From contig OY762897.2 of the NCBI GenBank assembly GCA_963666515.2, forward strand, positions 2,176,001 through 2,240,000: a DNA stretch of 64,000 bases, in the 5' to 3' direction. Positions 19,132 to 28,783 of the stretch are shown here, in pieces. The stretch comes from Candidatus Binatia bacterium. GTDB lineage: Bacteria; Desulfobacterota; Binatia; UBA9968; JAJDTQ01. The notes under the pieces were generated by a model that saw nothing but the letters and a program-made list of their open reading frames with translations, made no database searches and was not told the DNA's origin. Every line of letters begins with the position of its first letter. The stretch's first letter is position 1. The translations under genes and the position numbers were made by a program.

Positions 19132-22100
19132 TCAAAGGTGCATCTGCCGCGGCTCCTGGACGCCGTCGCGCCCGGCCACATGGTTGCTCACGGCTTCGAG
19201 AATCGCCCGCTCGTCCGATCCGGCATCGGCCAATTCGATCAGCGTCTGGAGGATCTGGTTGAACAAGGGGTTGCGCTGGAGGCCGCGGGTGTCGAGGTAG
19301 TCGTCTACCTTGACCTGATCCCCAGCTCGCCACAGGTGCATGAGCTTGTGCACCTGGTCGATCAAGGGTGCCGGCCGCCCACCCGGAGCTTCGAAACCGA
19401 GGTTGCGGCCACTGCGACGATGCCAGGGTTTGAGCTTTACTTTGGCCCCGGTGCCCGGCTCTCCAACGTCCTCCGACGGGTCCTCCTCATCGTCCGGGTC
19501 GCCGGTCTTCTCTGATTTGGTCAAGAGATCATACTGCCGGACCAGATCCGAATCGGACAGATTGCATGACAGCGCATAGAGAATACATCCGCCAATGGCC
19601 GCTTCCGTCGTACCGAAGTCGTGGCGATGGAGCAGGTAGTATGTGGTGACGTCGTCCAGTCCCGTGGCCGCCTCTTGCCCGTTGGACGACGTGGGAGCGC
19701 TTTCCTGGAACAACACGCGGCCTACTACGAAGTCCACAACCATGCGGCGGACCTCGGTCAAAAACTCCGAGACCGTCATCTGCCGGTCTCGGTCATTCGC
19801 CTTCTTGACGGCCGGATGCTTGCTGAAAGCCTCGAGCGCCGGCCCCGTAGCCGCCCATACGAAATCCGGCCCGCGGATGCCGGCATCCCAGAAGTCACGA
19901 AGTTGCCGGGTGATGTTCTCACGCATCTCGCCGAGGACTACGTTGTCCCAGCCGACACGGGAGGCTGAACGCCTCTTGCAGACTAGCCAAACGGAAGATG
20001 AGAGGGCAGCGGAGGCCATCGCGCGAGTCCTGGTCCCCATCTCCGTCTGGATGGGCCAAGAGCCATCAACTACGAGTCCGGCCCTGATCAGGGCGGCGGC
20101 GAGTGTCTCCCATGCATCCGGCTGCTTGTTGGCGAATACGACTACTAGACGGCCGTCTGGCCGGAGCGCCGCAGCCAGGGAGCGAAACACACGGGCCATG
20201 CCATCTTCGTAGTTTTGCTTCGACCGTTCCTTGTCGCCCCCGAATCGGCTCGCGTCGTCTATGAGTTCACCGTCCTTCTCTTCATGATCCCATTTAGGGC
20301 CGAGCTTGTCCGAGAAAAGCCCATCGACCTCCGACGACAAGCCCGTTACAGATCGCCTCAACCACACGTAGAAGAAATCCATCAGGTCCGAATACGGAAT
20401 TGCATCGTAGTATGGAGGATCGGTGACAATGGCGTCATACTCTCCGGATGCTGCAACCGCGCTGGCGCCCAAGACACTGTTCCCTTCCGCCGATTGAGCC
20501 GCCACCAGTGTGTGGGCAACACAGCGCGAGACCCAATCGAGTGCACCGAGATAGTTGCCGGACGAATCCGACAGCGGATTGACCTCGGTGTAGTCCCACA
20601 CGATGGGGAGTGCGAAGCGCGCAAAGGTATGTCCGAGTTTTTCCCCGCTGTTGTGCCACGAGCAAACTGCGCTGGAGTAGTCGGCCAGCCGGTCGTTGAC
20701 GAGCGCAAGTTGCGCGATCATGGCTTCGCGCCAGCTTTCCGGCCAACCGTCGAGTTCTTGCATAAGGTTCCGAAGGACGAGAGCAAACCGTCCAAGGGTC
20801 AGTAGCTGCCGGTTGGTGAATAGCTTCCGCCAAGTGTCGAGACCGTATAGCGGAACGCGGAACCCAAGAGCCTCCTTGCTCGGCAAGGACTCCTCCGGTA
20901 GCCCGAAAGGAATATCAGCGTAGAGGATCTGGAGTTGTTCATCGGTTACCTCAGCCACAGCACGCTCATGATCCGTAGGCAAGCGGTACTCCTTGCCCTT
21001 CTGGCCATCGACAACCACCGCGGTCATCACCGCACCCAGCCTGCCCGCCCGGCCCTCAAAACGGATGTCCTCCATCGTCATGATCGTGCCGCAGCATGGG
21101 CAGGTGGCTCCGGTGCGCGACATGGTGCCCGCCCCGACACGCCTGTCGTGCTCCCGTCGCTGAGCCGCGTTGCCGCCGTTTTGCGGGACTCCGTTCTGAA
21201 CTCCAAACACGGCCCCAGTGCCGTCGGAGTTCCGATCCATCGTCAGCAGGACGCGCTTTCGTTCCTTCTTGCATAACCAGCGCGTCTTGAGCAGCGGGAG
21301 CGTGGCCCGGCACTGCTTGCAGGTCACGGTACGCGCCCAGAGAAAGGCGACCGTAGGTTTGGCAATCCAGCGCGGGTTTCGCGGGTCCTTGAGGCAGGCG
21401 GCGTCGAATTCCGCGTTGAGCGGGTCGAGTAACGGCAGGCCCCTCTCGTCAACCTCCAGAAGTCGCATGGGGCGCGGTTCAAACTCCAGGCCCGGCGCCG
21501 GCGGCTCGAACTCGGCATAGGTCGGGTAGTACGCCGCCAGTTCCCTGCGCGCCCTTGCCAGCACCCACCGCCCCCAGGCGCGCACCTGCCAGGCCAAGTC
21601 CGCTTCCACCGTCGGATCGTCATGCGCCAATGCATCAAGTTGCATTTCACCGCCGTCGCCGTGGCCGAGGCGTTCCAGGTGAGTCCGCAGGCTCGCGCCC
21701 TTGAACCCCTTGGCCTTGAGGAACGCCTCCATGAACTCCCAGTCTTCCCGGGCAAATTCAGGCAAAGGCCGCGTCTGGCCGGCGAGCTTCTGGGGATATT
21801 CAAGCGTGCACTTGAGGATGAACCAAGCCACCGGGTTGATGTCCATGGCAGTGACTTCACAGCCCAACCGCATGGCTTCGAGGGGAATAGCGCCGCCTCC
21901 GGCAAACGGGTCCAGCACCTTGGGCGCCCGGCCGCCGTACGCATTGCGTATCTCGTCCCTGAACCACGCGAGACCCGGCTGGTTCTCGCGGCCCCAGTGA
22001 AGAATGCCGCCGACGGTCTCCTCTTTCACCGTCTCGACCGTGCGGCCGTTCAAGCGCTTGCGCTCGATCTTCTCCGTGACTCGGCCCGCCATGCGCTCCA

Positions 22101-22329
22101 GGATCGCTCGGCGCTTGTCGGGATCACCGGGATCCGGCAGCAGCGTTGCGATCAACGCCGCCCGCGCCGCCGCCAACGGCCTCCGCGCCGGCCAGATATG
22201 CAGCGTGGAGATGTGCCCGTGCCGCACGTTCTTCTCGTGCACGGAGTCGAGAGACACCTGCTTGAGCGGAAAGGCCGCTTCGATGAGGCGACGGTCGCTC
22301 AAGGCGCCGTCAATGTTCGGCACCGACAT
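19132..22329 (-). CDS. DUF1156-family adenine-specific DNA methyltransferase with Zn ribbon
   Basis: LHIWPARRPL, SAM motif DPFAGGG, catalytic TDPPYY, CKQC/CPCC cysteines. Confidence 0.9.
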   Translation of the reverse strand: MSVPNIDGALSDRRLIEAAFPLKQVSLDSVHEKNVRHGHISTLHIWPARRPLAAARAALIATLLPDPGDPDKRRAILERMAGRVTEKIERKRLNGRTVETVKEETVGGILHWGRENQPGLAWFRDEIRNAYGGRAPKVLDPFAGGGAIPLEAMRLGCEVTAMDINPVAWFILKCTLEYPQKLAGQTRPLPEFAREDWEFMEAFLKAKGFKGASLRTHLERLGHGDGGEMQLDALAHDDPTVEADLAWQVRAWGRWVLARARRELAAYYPTYAEFEPPAPGLEFEPRPMRLLEVDERGLPLLDPLNAEFDAACLKDPRNPRWIAKPTVAFLWARTVTCKQCRATLPLLKTRWLCKKERKRVLLTMDRNSDGTGAVFGVQNGVPQNGGNAAQRREHDRRVGAGTMSRTGATCPCCGTIMTMEDIRFEGRAGRLGAVMTAVVVDGQKGKEYRLPTDHERAVAEVTDEQLQILYADIPFGLPEESLPSKEALGFRVPLYGLDTWRKLFTNRQLLTLGRFALVLRNLMQELDGWPESWREAMIAQLALVNDRLADYSSAVCSWHNSGEKLGHTFARFALPIVWDYTEVNPLSDSSGNYLGALDWVSRCVAHTLVAAQSAEGNSVLGASAVAASGEYDAIVTDPPYYDAIPYSDLMDFFYVWLRRSVTGLSSEVDGLFSDKLGPKWDHEEKDGELIDDASRFGGDKERSKQNYEDGMARVFRSLAAALRPDGRLVVVFANKQPDAWETLAAALIRAGLVVDGSWPIQTEMGTRTRAMASAALSSSVWLVCKRRSASRVGWDNVVLGEMRENITRQLRDFWDAGIRGPDFVWAATGPALEAFSKHPAVKKANDRDRQMTVSEFLTEVRRMVVDFVVGRVLFQESAPTSSNGQEAATGLDDVTTYYLLHRHDFGTTEAAIGGCILYALSCNLSDSDLVRQYDLLTKSEKTGDPDDEEDPSEDVGEPGTGAKVKLKPWHRRSGRNLGFEAPGGRPAPLIDQVHKLMHLWRAGDQVKVDDYLDTRGLQRNPLFNQILQTLIELADAGSDERAILEAVSNHVAGRDGVQEPRQMHL

Positions 22330-22720
22330 GTATGCGCTCCTCAGCCCAGCGAATGACAGACTTGGCAATTTCCAGTGCTTCCTGGTGCTGCTTCTCTGTG
22401 ACGGGAGGTTCGGCGCCGGGGTAGCGAGTAGCGACGGCGAAGTGAGTGAGGCGCTCCGCCTGCCACACTGCTTCGGATATCTCCTCACCCCCTTCTTCAA
22501 GAATCGTCAGCATAACGCCCAAATCATGAATGTAAGGAAACTCGACGTTACGCCGGATCAGCACCGCCTTGATGGCCTTCTCCGCGGCCTGTTGTGCCTG
22601 GGAACACAGATCCTCGATATGGATTTCGGGTCCGCGCAAGCCTGCCAGGGCAAGGCTGCTCTGAGCCCGACTCAGCCACTCTCGCGGATCATCCGGCGGA
22701 AACCGGTCAGGCGGACTCAT
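22310..22720 (-). CDS. HEPN domain protein (toxin of MNT-HEPN pair)
   Basis: QQAAEKAIKA, YIHDL, TRYP motifs; overlaps the MNT gene. Confidence 0.85.
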   Translation of the reverse strand: MSPPDRFPPDDPREWLSRAQSSLALAGLRGPEIHIEDLCSQAQQAAEKAIKAVLIRRNVEFPYIHDLGVMLTILEEGGEEISEAVWQAERLTHFAVATRYPGAEPPVTEKQHQEALEIAKSVIRWAEERIHVGAEH

Positions 22721-23159
22721 AAACGACCTTGCCCTCCTGCAACGCCGGCTTGATGACCAAGGCATGGCTGTCCTTGTAGCGCTCGACGTCCGCCGGCGAG
22801 ACCACAATCGCATCCACGGCGGTCCGCACGCCACGCAAGCCTTCGTAGATTCGCGCGCTGAGTTCGCGGTCGCCTCCTTCCTTGATGATGAGAAGATCGA
22901 CGTCGCTTTGTCCGGTCATGATACCGCGGGCCGCGGACCCGAAGAGTATGATCTTCTCCGGCTGGGCAACCTTCACGACGCGTCGGATAACTTCGTCGAG
23001 AGCCGCTGGGTCCAGTGCCGCTGAACTCAATGCTGCGGCCCTCGAAACCTCTTCCGCGCGGCGACGCGCCGTTCGAGCCGCCCTGTGCATGGCTGCCTCT
23101 GCGCCGATCAAGTCGGAGCTACGAGGCCTTTCCGTCGGCTTCCGATTCCCTGCGCTCAT
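22707..23159 (-). CDS. Minimal nucleotidyltransferase (MNT antitoxin)
   Basis: ILFGSAARG....SDVDLL motif. Confidence 0.88.
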   Translation of the reverse strand: MSAGNRKPTERPRSSDLIGAEAAMHRAARTARRRAEEVSRAAALSSAALDPAALDEVIRRVVKVAQPEKIILFGSAARGIMTGQSDVDLLIIKEGGDRELSARIYEGLRGVRTAVDAIVVSPADVERYKDSHALVIKPALQEGKVVYESA

Positions 23160-23188
23160 CCTTTAACTCCCTCTCCACTGACCGTGGC

Positions 23189-24610
23189 TTACATGAAGAA
23201 CCGGAATTGATAGGGGGTTTTCCCCAAGCTCGGCATACGCTTCACTACACGGGAGAGCACCTTGGCATAGGCCATGGTTACAGGTAGCGGGTCGTATAGC
23301 GCATCATTGTTCCAGTTCATCTTCGACAGCCCAAGCACTGCCCGTACCGTGTCATCCCACGGCCCGTGACCTGCATGGCGAACCAGCCGCACAGGCCTGG
23401 GAGTGCTCCGAGCCCCCTGAAAGTAGGAACCTGATGTGATGCCCGTCACATTACCGTGTGTCCACAGCAACGCGTCTCGTGGTCCAAGCCTGACCACGGT
23501 ACCACGCGGAACCGGGTATGCGGCGCCGCGGCCCTTCTTTTCACCTTGATGACCGGGATCAATGCGGACGCCACGCCAACCAACATCCTCAACCACCTGA
23601 ACGAGATCGACTTCTTCACACAAGTGCAACGCCTCCATACAACCCTCGACTTCGTCCCGTTTGAACTCAGTGGTCTTATGTACCATCACACGCCGGGGCG
23701 GCTGTCCTGCATGACGACGGCGGTAAAGGTCCAGGGAACGCGTCATGACGCGGAACATTTCGGTCCGGGAAAGGAACGGATTGTCTCGCTGGACGTTGAC
23801 CTCATGAGCGTCATAGGCAATGAACTCCAAGCCGGAGCCTTCTTCGTCGAACACCTGACTGCAACACGTCACAAATCGAGGTCGATCGGCCTGAACGGGA
23901 CGGATCGCGTATGAGATGCCTATGTAGGCGGTTCCGGGATCAGCTTCAGCCAACTTCCATGGAACGCCGCCAGCCTTGGCATAAAGCGCAAGACCGACAC
24001 GCCACATCACACTGGCTCGGCAGGGATAAGCAAGTGCCTTGTCCTCTCGGACCAATTGAACAGGGATACGACGTGTGGCGGTGACGGCTTTTAGATGGTC
24101 GTGCAGGTCGAAGTCTCCCTCAACTCCACCGGCGAAGCCGGGTTCCCAGCGTTTGGGAAGGTAGATGAACAAGACGTCGAAATCATTCCGGCGAGATCCA
24201 AGGCTGTGAATCGCCCTCGTCAACGCCTCCGCGAGTACCGTGTAGGGCCTGGGTGAACTACGGAAATCGGACTCGACCCGGGAATCGAGTTCCACGAGGC
24301 AGCCGCTGTCTGCCGGGCCGATGTGCAGCCCAAAGACTCTATGGAATCCTGGCCATTCTGGCAGATAATCAACTCGCTCCTTTGGTTTATACGTCGTTTT
24401 CAGCTTCTTCATGAATCCGTAAAGACGTTCGCTCTCACCGGCTGGTGCCAGCGTGGCCACCCTTATTGGGTCAGGGACGCAACCCGCTGAGTGAGGACCG
24501 AACTTCAACAGCCCGTAGAGCGGATGAGGCGTTCGATCCGAACTACGGTCGGGATGAAAGCTCAACTGAGGCTCAGACAACCACATGTGGGGGCTGATCT
24601 CGAAACTCAC
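23189..24610 (-). CDS. Short prokaryotic Argonaute (MID-PIWI, catalytically inactive)
   Basis: 473 aa; MID YAKAGGVPWKL, PIWI IGISYA (no catalytic Asp), HKTT, LSKMNWN, LPVT, C-terminal YQFRFFM. Confidence 0.92.
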   Translation of the reverse strand: MSFEISPHMWLSEPQLSFHPDRSSDRTPHPLYGLLKFGPHSAGCVPDPIRVATLAPAGESERLYGFMKKLKTTYKPKERVDYLPEWPGFHRVFGLHIGPADSGCLVELDSRVESDFRSSPRPYTVLAEALTRAIHSLGSRRNDFDVLFIYLPKRWEPGFAGGVEGDFDLHDHLKAVTATRRIPVQLVREDKALAYPCRASVMWRVGLALYAKAGGVPWKLAEADPGTAYIGISYAIRPVQADRPRFVTCCSQVFDEEGSGLEFIAYDAHEVNVQRDNPFLSRTEMFRVMTRSLDLYRRRHAGQPPRRVMVHKTTEFKRDEVEGCMEALHLCEEVDLVQVVEDVGWRGVRIDPGHQGEKKGRGAAYPVPRGTVVRLGPRDALLWTHGNVTGITSGSYFQGARSTPRPVRLVRHAGHGPWDDTVRAVLGLSKMNWNNDALYDPLPVTMAYAKVLSRVVKRMPSLGKTPYQFRFFM

Positions 24611-26349
24611 GACATCGTCCTCCGCGAAAAGGCAGTGGTACGCGAAAGCTCAAATATGGCATCGATCCCACCTTCGACATCCAACGCACGCATCTCCGTC
24701 CCGTTCCGTCCCAAGTATCCCGCCCAAAAATCAATGAGCCCGTTCAGCATTCGATTGTAGCGCTTGACAGTCCGCTCACGAGCGAAATCTGCCGCCGCGG
24801 CCTTGTTCTCGTAATTCACTCCCTCGAACACGGTCGCTGGCTCGATCAATAGCCAGAGCTTGTCATCGGCCCAACCTAGACGAATGGCGATGCCTTCGCT
24901 CCACAGCAGATCCCGATCACCATTGACCGTGCCGTTCAATCTTCCCACCAAATTCTCCAAGGGTTTCCAGACGACATCGCTCGGATTGGCCGGCGACAGT
25001 AGGTCCGTACCCCTGCGATGTCGCCGTATAAGGTCACACTCCCGCGCTAGCGCCACCGTCAAGGCTTCGCGTAAGAAACCGCGTTCGTTGGAATCGTATC
25101 TTTGTTTCCTGACGTCCAACGTGTGGATATCGAATTCGCTAATGTCCTTACCTTCAAATGCAGCCCGCACGTCGGCATCAGCACCAAAGGCCAAAACCCC
25201 GACTCCGGAGCGAACAGCGAGCACATTGACCCCAGCTTCCTGAACTGCTTGGCGTACCTCCGAAGTTCCACCTATTTCACAAACCACCCTCCTGCATGTG
25301 TTCGGCACTTTGACCAGAGGTAAGGCGTTGAGTCGTACGACCGGCCAACCGCGACGCCGGACTTGTGGAAGCGGTGCAGGACTCCAATGTCTGCGCTCCG
25401 TGGCGAAGTCATCAAGCACTTTGGTATCGATGCTCTCAAAAAGGCGCATCAAATCTCGCAAAGTCTCGTCGAAGTTCTCGATAACGACCAACGCCGTCTC
25501 AACCCCCGCTTCCTTCCCTCGATCCAAGAGTCTTTGAACACGTGTCAAGGGGGGTTGCTCACCACGGTGTAACCAAAAAAATCCGGAGGGAAACGCCCTT
25601 TGACACGTGATCGCCTCCTCCAAAGTGTCCATGATCGAGTCGTCACGCCCGCTGTATCCCGCAACCACAAGTCCAAATCGCTGGCATTGGGCGATCATTG
25701 CTTGTCTCAGGCGTTGATCTTGATGTCTTAATTCGTCGTCCGTGTTCTTCAATCGGCGGGATCGGAAATCGCCATGTAGCTTTACCTCGAGTGGCCAGCG
25801 CTCGTCGGCTATCGCTTGTTCGGCCAAATCCGGGGCGTCGAGAGCCGCTGTGGTTAACGCACCTGTGGTGTCATATATCTTTGCACAGGCGTCGGCTACC
25901 AGTGCATCGAAGTTTGTAGTCCAGACGATGCGCATCAGTTCGGCGTACATCAACGTAGCGAGCGCCATGTGACCATAAGACGGTTTCGCTCCCGCCAATT
26001 TCGCACGCAAAAACGCTTGGCGGTCCTTTTCGGCAGGATACGCAGCTTCGAATAGCTGAGCGTACTCGTCCGGAGCACCCGGCTTAGGGGATTGCTCCAT
26101 GGAATCGATGTGGCCCTGGAGCTGATCACGCACCATGGGCTGGGAAAGATCTGCTACGGTTTGATACGAGCCCCGACGTTGACTGACGAAAAGCGTCTGT
26201 TTGAACTCCCATATCATGTCCATGGCAGTAGGAACACCGGCCGCAGCAGAACTCCCAGCGCCAAGGAACCACATCAGACTTCGCGCCCGCATGGAGAAAC
26301 GACGCGCGAAGTCATCCAGTGTGATTCTTGGAGTATCTGATTCCTGCAA
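24607..26349 (-). CDS. SIR2-APAZ NADase effector (SPARSA-type)
   Basis: FLGAGSS, WTTNFD, KLHGDF, GYSGRD sirtuin motifs; C-terminal APAZ-like region; TTG start with AGGAGG RBS; stop overlaps the pAgo start. Confidence 0.9.
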   Translation of the reverse strand: MQESDTPRITLDDFARRFSMRARSLMWFLGAGSSAAAGVPTAMDMIWEFKQTLFVSQRRGSYQTVADLSQPMVRDQLQGHIDSMEQSPKPGAPDEYAQLFEAAYPAEKDRQAFLRAKLAGAKPSYGHMALATLMYAELMRIVWTTNFDALVADACAKIYDTTGALTTAALDAPDLAEQAIADERWPLEVKLHGDFRSRRLKNTDDELRHQDQRLRQAMIAQCQRFGLVVAGYSGRDDSIMDTLEEAITCQRAFPSGFFWLHRGEQPPLTRVQRLLDRGKEAGVETALVVIENFDETLRDLMRLFESIDTKVLDDFATERRHWSPAPLPQVRRRGWPVVRLNALPLVKVPNTCRRVVCEIGGTSEVRQAVQEAGVNVLAVRSGVGVLAFGADADVRAAFEGKDISEFDIHTLDVRKQRYDSNERGFLREALTVALARECDLIRRHRRGTDLLSPANPSDVVWKPLENLVGRLNGTVNGDRDLLWSEGIAIRLGWADDKLWLLIEPATVFEGVNYENKAAAADFARERTVKRYNRMLNGLIDFWAGYLGRNGTEMRALDVEGGIDAIFELSRTTAFSRRTMS

Positions 26350-26393
26350 TCCCTCCTCCTATGCCGCTTCCGCAATCCTTCTGTCCCGGTCCA

Positions 26394-26987
26394 TCAGTCT
26401 GGCAATCCACGGAAGGCATTACGAAGATCCGCTATGAAACGCTGAAAGGACCTGTCCACACTTGCCACGCGGTCGATTTCCATATGCCGGACAATCTCAT
26501 CCGCGTATTCGATACCCCCGAGCCTCGGTACCGTTTCGGTAGCTCTAATGGCCTCGATCAGTCGTTCCTTGTAGCGGCTTCGGGCGCACTTCTGGTCGGG
26601 TGCATCGCAGCCCTTTCCGAACACAGCCTTGAACGCTGCCCCATCCAACAGCAACCAGCGCTCTATGTGGGGATCAGGTATGGCGAGGATAAGCGTGGGT
26701 TTGTCTCGACTCCTTTTGGCTTGGCTCCTTACTTCCTGCGCTCGTCGGTTCAAGCCCCTGCAGTTGGCGTCGGTGGCTACAACGAGCAGATCAGGCCACG
26801 GACTACCTTGGCGCTCGAGATCACTTATGTAGTCCTTGAGCTTTCCGACAACTTTGCCGTAGCCGCCTACGGCGTTGCGCCAATTGAGCCGTATGGAGAC
26901 ACCGTATTCCGCGGCGATCCTCTCCACGAGTGTCCCGATCACCTGCCGATGCGCGTAGTCCTCAACGAACAGCGCAATCTCACGCAT
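26394..26987 (-). CDS. Small TOPRIM-like/DUF4276-like partner of ATPase
   Basis: ALFVED, VATDAN, PDPHIERWLL motifs; overlaps the ATPase stop. Confidence 0.65.
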   Translation of the reverse strand: MREIALFVEDYAHRQVIGTLVERIAAEYGVSIRLNWRNAVGGYGKVVGKLKDYISDLERQGSPWPDLLVVATDANCRGLNRRAQEVRSQAKRSRDKPTLILAIPDPHIERWLLLDGAAFKAVFGKGCDAPDQKCARSRYKERLIEAIRATETVPRLGGIEYADEIVRHMEIDRVASVDRSFQRFIADLRNAFRGLPD

Positions 26988-28290
26988 CGAAATCTCCTCT
27001 CAGAATGCGTTCAGACACGGCTGGTGCGTCCTGCTGGTCCGATAGTGCCTCATCGATCCCAATCCGTCGTCCCAATGGCCCCCAAACAGAAAACGAGTCG
27101 ATCCGAGTCCTTCGGTCGATCCGATTCATCACGAACAGGGAGCTGTCCTCCAACATATCAGGCAGGATGGGCGAGTGCGTCGTGACAACGTACTGGGTCG
27201 TCTTCAGGACCTCCTGAGTCTTGAGAAGCTCAGCGATGAGCTGGATTCGACGAGGGTGAACGCCGTTTTCTGGTTCTTCGAAACCCACAAGCGCAGGGGC
27301 CTCGTCAACACCGGTCAACGCTAGAAGCCCGAGCATCCGCAGTGTCCCTTCCGAGAGTACGCGAGCGGGGAACGCAACACCGCCTTCCCGGAGGCGAAGC
27401 TCCACCTCACCGAGATCGCTAACCTCCACTTCGATGCCGTCGATGTTCGGCATCAACAGATTGAGCGCCTTCTCAATGCCTTTGAACTGTCTCTCATCCG
27501 TGGCCTTCATGGTGTTGAGGAACGCTGCGAGCTCTTCTCCCATCAAGCCGATATGGCGGACTTCCTTTACCGGATTGGCGGCACGCATGCGTTCGCGCGG
27601 CTCGAAGTAGAAAAACAACCAACTCTCCAACTCGCGCCGTGCAGCCACCAAATGGGGATAGTGTGGCGGATAATGCGGCATGGAGAGGATGCTATGATCC
27701 AGATAACGGTCGAAATAGGTGGGGTGCGCTTGCCCTTCGTGGCGGAGGTGTATTCTTCCGCCTTGTCTTTCGAGAAAAGGCTTGCGCTTGCCCGTGGGCT
27801 CTCCCTTGCTGTTGAGCGCAGCCAGATACTCGTCGGCAACACGCAACACGCCCGACCTGGGCAGCATTTCCACCTCAATGCGGTACCGCAAGTCGCGTTC
27901 ACGAACGCGCGCTGGCACCTTGCTCTGCTTCTGGGAGACTCCGGCATCGTTTGGTCGACGCATTTCTCGGATCTGGCGATCGACGAACTTTACCACGCTG
28001 TCCGACAAGCTCAGATCGGCTTCGATTGAAAACGACAACCGCTCTTGCTCCAGCAAACCCTTGATCCCTGTTTGCCCTATCGTAAAGGACTCCAGCGGCT
28101 TTCCACGATAAGGAGGCTCAAAGGCTTCTTTGAGCGTCCGGCTCGTCACTAGCTTTGACAACAATTGCAAAGCGTCAAGTAGATTGCTCTTGCCGGCGGC
28201 ATTCGGCCCAAACAGGACGACAAGCTGAGACAGACTCACTTCAACGTCTTCAAGGGACTTGTACCCTCGTATTTGTACGCGCTTCAGCAT
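26980..28290 (-). CDS. ABC/AAA_21-type ATPase
   Basis: GPNAAGKS, LSEGTLR, FEEPENGVHP, TTHSP motifs. Confidence 0.88.
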   Translation of the reverse strand: MLKRVQIRGYKSLEDVEVSLSQLVVLFGPNAAGKSNLLDALQLLSKLVTSRTLKEAFEPPYRGKPLESFTIGQTGIKGLLEQERLSFSIEADLSLSDSVVKFVDRQIREMRRPNDAGVSQKQSKVPARVRERDLRYRIEVEMLPRSGVLRVADEYLAALNSKGEPTGKRKPFLERQGGRIHLRHEGQAHPTYFDRYLDHSILSMPHYPPHYPHLVAARRELESWLFFYFEPRERMRAANPVKEVRHIGLMGEELAAFLNTMKATDERQFKGIEKALNLLMPNIDGIEVEVSDLGEVELRLREGGVAFPARVLSEGTLRMLGLLALTGVDEAPALVGFEEPENGVHPRRIQLIAELLKTQEVLKTTQYVVTTHSPILPDMLEDSSLFVMNRIDRRTRIDSFSVWGPLGRRIGIDEALSDQQDAPAVSERILRGDFDA

Positions 28291-28320
28291 GTTTCCCCCT
28301 CCAGGACTCCAATCAAGCAA

Positions 28321-28381
28321 TCCTCAGCTTGGCGAAGGATCGCCTTGGCGATTTCCAGTGCCTCCTGGTGCTGCTTTTCTG
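28321..28381 (-). pseudogene. Diverged duplicate of the HEPN gene 3' end
   Basis: 51/61 nt identical (hand alignment) to 22338-22398; encodes EKQHQEALEIAKAILRQAE versus EKQHQEALEIAKSVIRWAE. Confidence 0.8.
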
Positions 28382-28420
28382 CAGCGGCACGGCTGCTCTC
28401 TGCTCGGTTCACACCCGGCT

Positions 28421-28783
28421 CTACCCAGCCAGCGGAACAATCCTTGAACCGCGGATGACCCGATCCCGCGTCAGTAACGGCACGTCATGCACGATGCTGG
28501 TGGCGGCGATGATCTCGTCCGCGGGATCGCCCTTGAAGTCCAGTCGGGTCGAGGCTCGCGCAACGGCGAAATCGATCGGCCACACGTGCACGCGGTTCAA
28601 TACACGGACCACTTCACGGTCGTCGAGGTCCACATCCAACCGACCCAGTTGGACGAGCTTGGCCAATTCCCACAAGACTATGGCCGAAATGGACCACGGA
28701 CTCCCCGTCAATAGACTCTGCTCGGAACGTTGGAGGTTGCCGTCCATCGCGAAGACGAGAATATGCGTGTCAAGATTGAGCAT
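28421..28783 (-). CDS. PIN-domain toxin (VapC family)
   Basis: NLDTHIL, SAIVLWE, DPADEIIAAT, LLTRD motifs. Confidence 0.9.
   Translation of the reverse strand: MLNLDTHILVFAMDGNLQRSEQSLLTGSPWSISAIVLWELAKLVQLGRLDVDLDDREVVRVLNRVHVWPIDFAVARASTRLDFKGDPADEIIAATSIVHDVPLLTRDRVIRGSRIVPLAG

Noticed and set aside
23189-24610. Catalytically active long Argonaute
   Set aside because: Only 473 aa, lacks N/PAZ domains, and the first catalytic Asp position reads GISY.
26360-26395. Mini-ORF MDRDRRIAEAA* (- strand) between the TOPRIM-like gene and SIR2
   Set aside because: Too short to assign; the similarity to the helicase tail (MEAAE) is not convincing.
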